Shown here: piece by piece, positions 1 through 9,071 of the stretch | Layout: each line of letters starts with the position of its first letter | Position numbering within the stretch: the first letter of the stretch is position 1 | Source of the DNA: Verrucomicrobiia bacterium | GTDB lineage: Bacteria > Verrucomicrobiota > Verrucomicrobiia > Limisphaerales > UBA11358 | Length of the DNA: 64,000 nucleotides | Reading direction: 5' to 3' | Assembly (NCBI GenBank): GCA_049280815.1 | Contig: JBAPQW010000053.1 | Span: 49,413-113,412, forward strand | Position numbers and translations under genes: made by a program | The notes under the pieces: generated by a model | What the model saw: the letters and a program-made list of their open reading frames with translations, nothing else | Told to the model about the DNA's origin: nothing | Database searches by the model: none

Positions 1-621
1 TCCCGCCTGTTTCAGGCCTTGATCATCACCGCTGTGCTTGCTCTGGCAGCGCGCAACGTTACGGCACAGGATGCCACCACCAGTGCCGCCTCAACCGCAC
101 CCGTGCAATTGTCCTACGGCGTCTCGCAGATCATCCAGCTTTCCAAGGCGAACGTCAGCGAGGCCACCATTGTCAACTATGTCCAGAATTCCGGCAGCAG
201 CTACGGACTGGACGCAAACCAGATCGTTTATCTGAAGCAGCAGGGCGTTTCCGATGCCGTCATCAACACCATGCTCAACCAGCCCCGGCCGGTGGCGCAG
301 CCAGTGTCGCCGAATTACTCGATCGCCAGCAGTGTTCCGACAGCGACCGTTGTCACGCAACCGGCGGTGACGTATGTCCCGGCGCCATCCTCGACGGTGT
401 ATGTTATCCCGGACACGCAGACGTATAACTACAACGCCTATGCGTATCGTCCGTATTATGGCGGCTATTATTATCCGTGCTACCGCCCGGTTTATTACAA
501 CCGCTGCAACCCCAGCGTGTCATTTGCCATCGGTTTCGGTGGCGGCTATCGCGGCGGCTGGGGCGGTGGTTGGGGCGGTGGTTGGGGCGGCTACCACGGT
601 GGCGGCGGCTGGCATCGCTGA
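1..621 (+). CDS. secreted Gly/Tyr/Trp-rich protein, 5' end outside window
   Basis: Frame is open from base 1 (SRLFQALIITAVLALAARNVTAQD looks like the end of a signal peptide). Stop TGA at 619-621. C-terminus is low complexity (YYGGYYYP..., GGWGGGWGGGWGGYHGGGGWH). No family recognised. Confidence 0.6.
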   Translation, partial: SRLFQALIITAVLALAARNVTAQDATTSAASTAPVQLSYGVSQIIQLSKANVSEATIVNYVQNSGSSYGLDANQIVYLKQQGVSDAVINTMLNQPRPVAQPVSPNYSIASSVPTATVVTQPAVTYVPAPSSTVYVIPDTQTYNYNAYAYRPYYGGYYYPCYRPVYYNRCNPSVSFAIGFGGGYRGGWGGGWGGGWGGYHGGGGWHR

Positions 622-834
622 CGTTGAGTTTGGAACATTGCCCAACCAACCTCCAAAATCCAACTCCGATAAATCGCGAGCAGGCATCGAACGCCGAATG
701 CCGGATCGTTCTGGTTACAGAACAATTCGACGTTGAAAGATGAGCGTTTGATGTTTCCTCCCGGGTTTGTTCCGCCGTCCTTTCTTTACGGCACGACCAG
801 CCGTGATTAAATTCGCCTGCAACCACGGACCAAA

Positions 835-1614
835 ATGAACAGACTATTTCTCCTCTGCGTGGCCTTGAGCTTGGCCTGCCTCAGCCCATTCACGTCACGC
901 GCCGCCGACCTGACCAATCCTCCGGCTGCGGGTGGTAAAAAGTTTACCTACGTCCTCGTGCATGGGGCCTGGGGTGGCGGCTGGGATTGGAAACCCGTGG
1001 ACCAGATGCTCACTACTGACGGCCACAAGGTCTATCGTGCGACGCTGACGGGGCAGGGTGAGCGTTCCCACCTCGCCAGCACCAACATTGACCTGGACAC
1101 GCATATTCAGGATGTCGTCAATGTCATCCTGTGGGAAGACCTGCACGATGTGGTGCTCGTCGGACACAGTTATGGCGGGATGGTCATCACCGGCGTGGCC
1201 GACCGCGTGCCCGATCGCATCAAACACGTGATTTATATCGATGCCTTTCTGCCCAACGACGGGGAATGCGCTAATGCCATTCGCCCCCGCACCGCCGCCA
1301 AACTGAGCTTGAATGACGGCTTCTTGATTCCCACCTGGGTTACGAACCACACCCCGCCGCCGCACGATGTGCCGCATCCGGCGAAGACGTACAGTGAGCC
1401 CATTTCCCTGACCAATCAGGCGGTGGCCGCCAAATTGCCGACGACCTACATTCTCACCGTGGACAAAGGCAAAGCGCCGGAGCAGGACGAATTTTATTCG
1501 TTTTATCAGCGCGCCCAGGCCCGGGGTTGGACGGTGATGATCATGGAAGGCGACCACAACGTGCAACGGTCGCATAAGCAGGAGTTGGTCGGCCTGCTGG
1601 AATCAGTGCCCTGA
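835..1614 (+). CDS. secreted alpha/beta-fold hydrolase (esterase-like)
   Basis: ATG at 835. Signal peptide MNRLFLLCVALSLACLSPFTSRAAD. HGAWGGGWDW oxyanion-region motif and nucleophile elbow GHSYGG. 259 aa. Confidence 0.85.
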   Translation: MNRLFLLCVALSLACLSPFTSRAADLTNPPAAGGKKFTYVLVHGAWGGGWDWKPVDQMLTTDGHKVYRATLTGQGERSHLASTNIDLDTHIQDVVNVILWEDLHDVVLVGHSYGGMVITGVADRVPDRIKHVIYIDAFLPNDGECANAIRPRTAAKLSLNDGFLIPTWVTNHTPPPHDVPHPAKTYSEPISLTNQAVAAKLPTTYILTVDKGKAPEQDEFYSFYQRAQARGWTVMIMEGDHNVQRSHKQELVGLLESVP

Positions 1615-1652
1615 CACATGGTCGCACCGGCCCCCGGCGCCGGCAGCCCCGT

Positions 1653-3074
1653 TCAACACACCCGGACGGTTTCCAGATTCAGCAGCGCGCCGAGTTTTTC
1701 GATTTTGTCCGCGATGTGTCCGGTGCCAATGGCGCAATGGTGTGCCGGGCCGGCCTTGGCCCACGCATTGATGAACGCCTTCGCGCCTGGGGAAAAACGG
1801 TAACGGCTGTTGGTGTTGCCAATTTGCAGAACGGGACCGGGGACGGATTCGCCCTCCGCCACGAGCAATGACAGTTTGCCACCGGTGCCTTGCACGACGG
1901 AAAGCAGCGTCACCGGCCCGTGTTTCACGGTCATCTGAATCGAAAGCCCCTTGCCCGGCTTGCCGTGATAGACCGGCAAAGGGACCAGACCCACCCGGCC
2001 CTCCGCGACGGCAAAATGCGCCGGGCCATCGTGACCCAAAAACACCACGTCGTCCTTGAAATCCGTCAGGTAAAACTCCGAGAACGATCCGCCTGCGCCG
2101 AACAGGTCCATGATTTTCATGGCCTGGACATTTTTGATTTCGCACTCGCCGGCCACCGGCACGTGCTGCCCGGTCAGCAACGTGTTGCCGGCGATGACCG
2201 ATGTGACGATGTCGCGATATGCATGGCCGGCCTCGCCCTCGTAATAGTAGGCGAGCGAGCCGAGGTTGTATTTTCTGACCAGGGCGTCGAGCGCGCAGGA
2301 GGTTTTTGTCGCGCGCCCGAGTTCGTGGCTTTCGCACTCGCGGGACACTTCAAACTCGCGGCGGAACTGCGCGAGCTTGGCCGCCAACTGGGGTTTGGTG
2401 ACGGCCTCACGCAATTGGTGCAGTTGACACATCTCCAGCAACTCAAAGTGGTTGCCAAAGATTGCGGATTGCTGCGTCATGTCGCTGTAAACATCGAGCA
2501 TCCCGCAATAATAGTGGCCGAGCACGCCGACCCGATTGTCGCGCATGGCCGCGGCCACCTTCGCCGCCGCCAACCAGTCGCGGATTTCCGTCCACGCCTT
2601 CTCGTCCTGCAGATGCCCGGTGACAAGGTGATACCGGATGCCGGCGCGGTTGAACACGCAGGCAATCTCCGGGGCGGAACACGACTGGCAATGCTCCAGC
2701 CAGAGGCCGGTCATCAAACCCCGGTCACCGAGCGCGTTGAACTTTTCGTAGTCCAGCTGCGGCACGGGCTGAAGATTCAGCACGACCACGGGCACCCCGG
2801 CTTGTTGCACGACCGGCAGCACGGTGGAGGAAAGCGCGTAGGTCGAGACATGGAGAAAAATCAAGTCCACCTCTTCGCGGCGGAATTTTGAGGCCGTGGC
2901 ACGAGCCTTGGTCGGATTATCCACCAATCCCGCATCCACCAATTCAATCGCGCTCTCCCGCAAGCGCCCGGCGATTTGCTTCTGATGACCCGCCAGCCGG
3001 CTCTTCAACCCTTTGAATTGCGGCCAATACGTGTCCAAACCGATGCCAAAAAGACCAATTCTCGTTTTGCTCAT
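1653..3074 (-). CDS. L-arabinose/L-fucose isomerase family sugar isomerase
   Basis: Start taken at ATG 3074 (MSKTRIGLFGIGLDTYW...); the longer ORF to 3116 has no support. About 473 aa. Overall AraA/FucI-like pattern (..VGVLGHYYCGMLDVYSD.., ..VFLGHDGPAH.., ..HHCAIGTGH..). Divergent from rhaA. Confidence 0.8.
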   Translation of the reverse strand: MSKTRIGLFGIGLDTYWPQFKGLKSRLAGHQKQIAGRLRESAIELVDAGLVDNPTKARATASKFRREEVDLIFLHVSTYALSSTVLPVVQQAGVPVVVLNLQPVPQLDYEKFNALGDRGLMTGLWLEHCQSCSAPEIACVFNRAGIRYHLVTGHLQDEKAWTEIRDWLAAAKVAAAMRDNRVGVLGHYYCGMLDVYSDMTQQSAIFGNHFELLEMCQLHQLREAVTKPQLAAKLAQFRREFEVSRECESHELGRATKTSCALDALVRKYNLGSLAYYYEGEAGHAYRDIVTSVIAGNTLLTGQHVPVAGECEIKNVQAMKIMDLFGAGGSFSEFYLTDFKDDVVFLGHDGPAHFAVAEGRVGLVPLPVYHGKPGKGLSIQMTVKHGPVTLLSVVQGTGGKLSLLVAEGESVPGPVLQIGNTNSRYRFSPGAKAFINAWAKAGPAHHCAIGTGHIADKIEKLGALLNLETVRVC

Positions 3075-3616
3075 TGTTCGTTCCTTCCATCCCGGCAACG
3101 GAGCGCCGAGCTCCAATTCAGCACGAACGGTTTACGATATCTGCACCCCAACGCGCGGGTTGGAAATGGGGGTTGCGACCCGCCGGGCGTAAGCATGACG
3201 AAAAGGCCATGCTGATGAAAGGTTTTCCCGATGACGCCTTTGGGTGGAATCAATGATATCCCTCGGGGAGCGGCGCGGCGTTGCCTAAATCGCACCTTTG
3301 TGGTCGCCGGAATTCACGCGGGGTCAAGCCGGTCAGTTTGTGAAGTGACCGTGAGATTCGTGCTTGGGCCGCGGGAACTTTCGTCAAGGGTCCCGCCGCT
3401 CAACGGACAATGGAAACGCACCCGACAACCAGTCTTTGGCTTTTTGTGTCCGCATTTTACCGGGGTTGCGTGGGAGACCGGCGCTGCGAATGGTCGTTGG
3501 CCGTGGACACGATCAATCTATCTGGCGATAGTGGGCAGGAGAAAAGGGGAACTTTTGGGGAGCATGGCTGGACAATTACCGCCGGGTTTGATTGGATGCC
3601 CGAAACGGCATAATTC

Positions 3617-4882
3617 ATGAAACGAGCAACCCGTAACCTCGAACATGCCTACGCGCTCGCCCGCGACCGCTATCTGGCGCTGGAGGTGGATCCCGAAGCT
3701 GCGCTTAAAACCCTCGCCCGCATCCCGGTCTCGCTCCACTGCTGGCAGGGCGACGACGTCGGCGGCTTTGAACATTTTGGCGGAACGCTGGGTGGCGGCC
3801 TTGTGGCCACCGGCAATTATCCGGGCAAGGCGCGGACGCCGGATGAGTTGCGCGACGACCTGAAAAAGGCCTTTTCGCTCATCCCGGGCAAACATCGCCT
3901 CAATCTCCACGCCTGCTATGGCGAGTTTGGCGGCAAAAAAGTGGACCGTGATGAGATCGAACCTGAACATTTCGCAAACTGGGTTGCTTGGGCGCACGAA
4001 CAAGGACTTGGACTGGATTTCAACCCGACGTGTTTTTCACATCCGAAAGCGGCAGATGGCTTTACCTTGAGTCATGCTGACAAGCGCATCCGAAAATTCT
4101 GGATCGAACATTGCATCGCCTGCCGATATATTGGCTCGGCAGTGGGCAACGCCCTCAATAATCCCTGTGTGACCAATGTCTGGATTCCGGATGGCATGAA
4201 GGACACGCCTGCTGACCGCAACGCTCCACGTGAGCGCCTGGCAGAGTCATTGGACGAAATATTCAAAAAGCCCCTTAAATTCAATCTCGACGCGGTCGAA
4301 CCGAAACTGTTCGGCATCGGCAGCGAAAGTTACGTGGTCGGTTCGCATGAGTTTCACCTCGGCTACGCGGTCAGCCGGCAGAAGCTGCTGACGCTCGATG
4401 CCGGTCATTACCATCCCACCGAGGGCATCGCGGACAAGATCTCCGCGGTGCTGCAATACCTGCCGCAAATCTTGCTGCACGTTAGCCGCGGCGTGCGCTG
4501 GGACAGCGACCATGTGGTCATCCTGAACGATGATTTGCAGGCCATTGCCCGGGAGATTGTCGCGAACGGTTTTGTCGATCGCGTCCATATCGGGCTCGAT
4601 TATTTTGACGCGAGCATCAATCGCGTCGCCGCCTGGACCCTCGGCACGCGCAACCTGCTGCGCGCCCTGCTGCTGGCCTTGCTGGAACCGACGCCAAAAC
4701 TGCGGGCCGCCGAAAATGCCGGCGACTACACGACGCGGCTGGTTCTGCAGGAGGAAATCAAGTCGCTCCCGTTCGGCGCCGTCTGGGATTTTTATTGTGA
4801 ATCAAAAGGTGTTCCCGTGGGTGAGGCGTGGCTCGCGGAAGTGAAGCGCCACGAGAAAAATGTTTTGAGCAAACGCAGCTAA
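3617..4882 (+). CDS. rhaA: L-rhamnose isomerase
   Basis: 421 aa, collinear with E. coli RhaA as I recall it: [90 protein letters not shown]. Confidence 0.95.
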   Translation: MKRATRNLEHAYALARDRYLALEVDPEAALKTLARIPVSLHCWQGDDVGGFEHFGGTLGGGLVATGNYPGKARTPDELRDDLKKAFSLIPGKHRLNLHACYGEFGGKKVDRDEIEPEHFANWVAWAHEQGLGLDFNPTCFSHPKAADGFTLSHADKRIRKFWIEHCIACRYIGSAVGNALNNPCVTNVWIPDGMKDTPADRNAPRERLAESLDEIFKKPLKFNLDAVEPKLFGIGSESYVVGSHEFHLGYAVSRQKLLTLDAGHYHPTEGIADKISAVLQYLPQILLHVSRGVRWDSDHVVILNDDLQAIAREIVANGFVDRVHIGLDYFDASINRVAAWTLGTRNLLRALLLALLEPTPKLRAAENAGDYTTRLVLQEEIKSLPFGAVWDFYCESKGVPVGEAWLAEVKRHEKNVLSKRS

Positions 4883-4897
4883 AAACCGAACCCAACC

Positions 4898-6082
4898 ATG
4901 CAACCGAACCCTTTGCTTGGTGTCGTCTATCACTGGCTGGGCGGCCTGTCGTCCGGCACGTTTTATGTGCCTTACAAGGGCGTCCGCCGATGGTCGTGGG
5001 AAACGTTCTGGCTCGCGGGCGGGATGTTCAGCTGGCTCATCTGCCCGTGGATTGGCGCGCTGGCCTTGTCCAGGGATCTCCTGGCGGTGCTGCAGGAAAC
5101 CTCTGCCTATACCTTTTGGATGACCTACCTGATGGGTGCGCTGTGGGGACTCGGTGGTTTGACGTTTGGCCTGACGATGCGTTACCTCGGCATGTCGCTC
5201 GGCATGGCGGTCGCGCTGGGCTATTGTGCCGCGTTCGGCACGCTGGTCCCGCCAATTGTGAAAGGTGAATTTGCCGCCAAATTGCTGCAAACACACGGCG
5301 GCAACATTTGTTTTCTGGGTGTCTTGATTTGCCTGGCCGGCATCGCGCTTGGCGGTGTCGCCGGCGTGCGCAAGGAGCGGGACATGGGCAACGACGGCAA
5401 ATCTTCGGCCATCGCGGAATTCAGCCTGGGAAAGGGGCTGGCCATCGCAACTTTCTCCGGGGTCATGAGTTCATGCTTTTCCTACGGGTTCCAGTTTGGC
5501 GATCCCATCGCCAAAATCTCCGCCAGCCATGGCACCGGGCCGCTGTGGGTCGGCCTGCCGGTCATCCTGGTGATTTTGCTGGGTGGTTTGACCACCAATT
5601 TTGTCTGGTGCGTGCTGTTGAACATCAAGCACCGGACCGGTTATCAATATCTCGCGTCGCAGGTCCGCGCGGAACACGCGCATCACGGCGGACAGGGTGG
5701 CGGGGAACCCGCTCCGGCAGGCGCCACCACCGGCGCGCCCGCCGACCTGAAAATTCCCGTGCTCGGCAACTGGTTTTTCTGCGCGCTGGCCGGAACCTTC
5801 TGGTATTTCCAGTTCTTTTTCTACCAGATGGGCGAGAGCCAGATGGGCAACTACAAGTTTTCCAGTTGGACGCTGCACATGGCGAGCATCATCATCTTCA
5901 GCACGTTGTGGGGGATATTCTTCAAGGAGTGGCGCGGGGCAAAGACCCTGACCCAATGGCTCGTTGGGATCATGCTTCTGTTTCTGGTCGGATCCACCGT
6001 GATCATCGGCTGGGGCAACAAGATTTCCGAGGACGCGGCCCGGGCGCGCGCCGTGCCGATCGTCCAAACCCTCCGGCAATAA
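4898..6082 (+). CDS. rhaT: L-rhamnose/H+ symporter (RhaT family)
   Basis: 394 aa polytopic membrane protein. N-terminus GVVYHWLGGLSSGTFYVPYKGVRRWSWETFWL is RhaT-like. Starts 15 bp after the rhaA stop. Confidence 0.88.
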   Translation: MQPNPLLGVVYHWLGGLSSGTFYVPYKGVRRWSWETFWLAGGMFSWLICPWIGALALSRDLLAVLQETSAYTFWMTYLMGALWGLGGLTFGLTMRYLGMSLGMAVALGYCAAFGTLVPPIVKGEFAAKLLQTHGGNICFLGVLICLAGIALGGVAGVRKERDMGNDGKSSAIAEFSLGKGLAIATFSGVMSSCFSYGFQFGDPIAKISASHGTGPLWVGLPVILVILLGGLTTNFVWCVLLNIKHRTGYQYLASQVRAEHAHHGGQGGGEPAPAGATTGAPADLKIPVLGNWFFCALAGTFWYFQFFFYQMGESQMGNYKFSSWTLHMASIIIFSTLWGIFFKEWRGAKTLTQWLVGIMLLFLVGSTVIIGWGNKISEDAARARAVPIVQTLRQ

Positions 6083-6203
6083 AAAGCAGCGTCACGCTTT
6101 CCAGATGGAGTTGAAGGCCGGCGCAGTGGAGGAATGCGAAAAGCCTCGCGACGAATTCTGGCCGGATGGGGGTGTCGGGCTTCGAGCCCGGCCATAAATC
6201 CGA

Positions 6204-6914
6204 TCAAGGTGGGCTGGCTGACTTCCCGGATGCGGTCTCCGCAAATTGTTTCAGCTCGGCGATTTTCTGTTTGAAGACCGTTTCGCGGTCGTAGCCGGTC
6301 GCCCCATCCTTGCCATACGGAATGAAGCAGACCAGCTGCGAACAATCGGCGGTGGTCACCGCCATCTTGGGATCGAACGTGCCGGCCGCGGGGCCTAAAA
6401 TGCCCATTTTGGCCGCCGCCGGAAGATCATTCAGTTCGCGTTCATGACTCACAAACACCAGCACGAGCGCGTTGTGAAACGTCGTGTAAAACTGCGCCAG
6501 AGCGTCCTTGCTTCCCTTGCCCATGGGCCGGGCGGGCTTGTTGAAAAACTCGTCCCCAACCACCACAAATCCGATCATTTTGTTTTCGGCTCCGGCCTTT
6601 TGCCTGGCCGCGGCCAGGTTGTCCAGCGGGAAGGCCAGGCTCTTCTGCAAATCCACGGGCTTGTTCTGCCGCGCCAGGAAAAGCCCCTCTTTAAACGGGT
6701 CGTAATGATATTTTGTCTTGACGGTGTCGGGCAGATGATTGTAGGGAACCTTGATGCGCGAAACCCCGGTATCGTAACTGAACACGATCCCATCGGACAT
6801 CACCTGCACATCGCTGATGTCCTTGTAGGTCCGACCCTCCAGGGTCTGGATGTCTTCGGCCGGACATTGCGTGAGGGCCAGGCCCAGGACCGTGCAAAAC
6901 CATAACGTCTTCAT
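6204..6914 (-). CDS. secreted protein of unknown function
   Basis: ATG at 6914 gives signal peptide MKTLWFCTVLGLALTQCPA; the ORF-track start at 6929 is TTG. Good coding look, no family recognised with confidence. Confidence 0.6.
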   Translation of the reverse strand: MKTLWFCTVLGLALTQCPAEDIQTLEGRTYKDISDVQVMSDGIVFSYDTGVSRIKVPYNHLPDTVKTKYHYDPFKEGLFLARQNKPVDLQKSLAFPLDNLAAARQKAGAENKMIGFVVVGDEFFNKPARPMGKGSKDALAQFYTTFHNALVLVFVSHERELNDLPAAAKMGILGPAAGTFDPKMAVTTADCSQLVCFIPYGKDGATGYDRETVFKQKIAELKQFAETASGKSASPP

Positions 6915-7074
6915 AACTTTTTTCAGCAATTTGATCGCGGACTCGATTCCGTTTCAATCCCGCCAACCGTTCCTGTCCAGAATATAGGAGCCGAAGGAAT
7001 TTGACCACGGATGAACATGGATTTTACCGGTAGAAATATTTATCCGCGGAGACGGCTGGGTCACCGGTCACCGG

Positions 7075-8946
7075 TCAATTTCCTGGCTGCGCGCTCACAA
7101 ATTCGTGATGTAACCGGGCGTAAACCCCGCCCTGCCGCAGCAAACTGTCGTGCGTGCCGCGCTCCACAATCCGTCCCTGATCCAGCACCAGCACCAGGTC
7201 GGCCCGGCGAATGGTGCTCAGCCGGTGCGCCACGACGAATGACGTCCGCCCGCGCAGCAGAATCTCCAGCGCCCGTTGCAATCGCGCCTCGGTGACGGTG
7301 TCAATCGCGCTGGTCGCCTCGTCCAGCACCACGATGCGCGGGTCCGCCAGCATCGCGCGCGCGAAACATACCAGCTGGCGCTGACCGAAGGACAGGGCCG
7401 CCCCACGTTCCGCCACCTGCGTCCGTAATCCGTGCGGCAGGGCCTCGAGCAAGTCCGCGCAATCCAGCGCCTCCAGCGTCGCGCGCACCTCGGCTTCCGC
7501 CGCCTCCGGCCGGGCGAACCGGATGTTGTCCAGCACCGTGCCGGAAAACAGAAAGTTGTTCTGTTGCACGCTGCCCATCTGCGCCCGCAATGAGGCGCTG
7601 GTCACCGTGTTCAAGTCCAGGCCATCGACCAGCACCCGTCCGCCCGTGGGCAGATAAAATTTCTGGAGCAAGCCCACCAGGGTGGTTTTGCCGCTGCCGG
7701 TATGCCCCACCAGCGCCACCGATTGTCCCGGCTCCGCCGTGAATGAAATGCCGCTCAACACCGGACGGCCCGGTTTGTATTCGAAATGCACCGCCTGGAA
7801 TTCCACCCGGCCCCGGATGGCGGACAATGGTTTCGCGTTCGCCGCGTCCACCCATTCCGGTTTCTGGTCCAGCATCCGGAACAACCGCTCCGCCCCGGCC
7901 ATCGCCATCAACGCCTGGTTCAATTGATTGCCGATCACCTGTACCGGGTCGAAAAAGAGGTTCGCCAGGAAGAAGAACATCACCAGGTCGCCCACCTCCA
8001 TGTGCAGCCAGCCGTGCCAGCGCAACGCGCCGAACGCACCCAGCAACGCCATCGCTCCGAGGAAAAGCTGGCTTTTCAACTGCAACAACGGCACGAACAC
8101 CGCCGACGCCTGGGCCACGCCCACGTTGTTCTCGCCGTGGACGTCCACCAGCCTCTGGAAGAAACCCGAGTTCACCTCGTGCCGCACAAATGCCTGTGTC
8201 ACCCGGATGCCGCTCACCGATTCGGCGAGCGTGGACGACACGCGACTCCAGGATTCCTGCACCTTGCGCAGCCGCCGGCTCATCTCCTGCCGGTAGTTTT
8301 CGTTCAAGATCCAGATGACCGGCGCCATGACGACCATCAGCGAAAACAGTTTCCAATCGTACCACGCCATCAGCACCGCCGAGGTCGTCATCTGCAATCC
8401 CTGCACCACCAGCACGAACGCCACGTCCTGCACCCCGGCGCGCACGCTGTCGATGTCCGACGTCATCCGGCTGATGATGCGGCCGAACTTGGTCTGGTTG
8501 AAAAACGACATCGGCATCGTCATCAGCTTGCGGAACAAATCCGATCGCATGTCATGCACCACCGCCTCGCCCAGTTCGAGCGCGAACCGCTGGCGGAAAT
8601 GGAAATTCACCACCGTGAACAGGGCCAGGGCGAAGTACCCCGCCGCATACCCGTAAATCCCGGTCAAATCCTTGCCCGCAATCGGTCCGTTGATGGTGCG
8701 GCCGATCAGCCACGCCAGCGCGGGCAATTGCAGGCCGCGGGCAAACGTGAGGACAAACAGCCAGTTGCGCTTCGCGGCGTAGGGCTTGGTGTAGGTGAAA
8801 ATCCGGCGGATCAGCGTCATTTGCAGCGGCGCCTTGTCCGCTTCGCGCTCCTCCATCGGATTGTAGTACGTGATCGCCTCCCGCGCCGACAGGTCTCCCC
8901 TGGCGACATCGTCGCCCGGTGATTTGATGTTCGCTGGCGTGCTCAT
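7075..8946 (-). CDS. ABC exporter, fused permease/ATPase (MsbA/MdlB-like), subunit 2
   Basis: Six-TM region then an NBD with Walker A GHTGSGKTT, signature LSFGQRQ and Walker B IVVLDEATS. Start placed at ATG 8946 because the upstream extension to 9075 translates a REP hairpin. Confidence 0.9.
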   Translation of the reverse strand: MSTPANIKSPGDDVARGDLSAREAITYYNPMEEREADKAPLQMTLIRRIFTYTKPYAAKRNWLFVLTFARGLQLPALAWLIGRTINGPIAGKDLTGIYGYAAGYFALALFTVVNFHFRQRFALELGEAVVHDMRSDLFRKLMTMPMSFFNQTKFGRIISRMTSDIDSVRAGVQDVAFVLVVQGLQMTTSAVLMAWYDWKLFSLMVVMAPVIWILNENYRQEMSRRLRKVQESWSRVSSTLAESVSGIRVTQAFVRHEVNSGFFQRLVDVHGENNVGVAQASAVFVPLLQLKSQLFLGAMALLGAFGALRWHGWLHMEVGDLVMFFFLANLFFDPVQVIGNQLNQALMAMAGAERLFRMLDQKPEWVDAANAKPLSAIRGRVEFQAVHFEYKPGRPVLSGISFTAEPGQSVALVGHTGSGKTTLVGLLQKFYLPTGGRVLVDGLDLNTVTSASLRAQMGSVQQNNFLFSGTVLDNIRFARPEAAEAEVRATLEALDCADLLEALPHGLRTQVAERGAALSFGQRQLVCFARAMLADPRIVVLDEATSAIDTVTEARLQRALEILLRGRTSFVVAHRLSTIRRADLVLVLDQGRIVERGTHDSLLRQGGVYARLHHEFVSAQPGN

Positions 8947-8967
8947 GACTGGAAGAGCCCATTCTTT

Positions 8968-9018
8968 GGTAGGGCTGCGCTGCCGCGCCGCCACGCCGAG
9001 CGGCAGCTCGGCCCTACC
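8968..9018. repeat. GC-rich REP-like hairpin (family C: GGTAGGGC...GCCCTACC)
   Basis: ggtagggctgcgctgccgcgccgccacgccgagcggcagctcggccctacc. Terminal 8-bp arms are complementary. Related copies at 31757, 46709, 49214, 26966 and 38176. Confidence 0.8.
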
Positions 9019-9071
9019 ACGCCCCATTGGCCGTTGGATGTTCGATGCTGGAGGTTCGATGTTTCCATCTT

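Noticed and set aside
1603-2891. ORFs 1603-2337 (-) and 1890-2891 (+)
   Set aside because: They are off-frame or antisense within the sugar isomerase gene, whose own frame shows clear family motifs.
6165-6203. tRNA-like T-arm (gtcgggcttcgagcccggcc)
   Set aside because: The loop is 5 nt rather than the canonical 7-nt TPsiC loop. I could not fold an acceptor, D or anticodon arm from the surrounding sequence.
7301-8922. ORFs 7301-8365 (-), 7786-8922 (+) and 7743-8318 (+)
   Set aside because: They are alternate frames of the ABC exporter gene, which has Walker A/B and signature motifs in its own frame.
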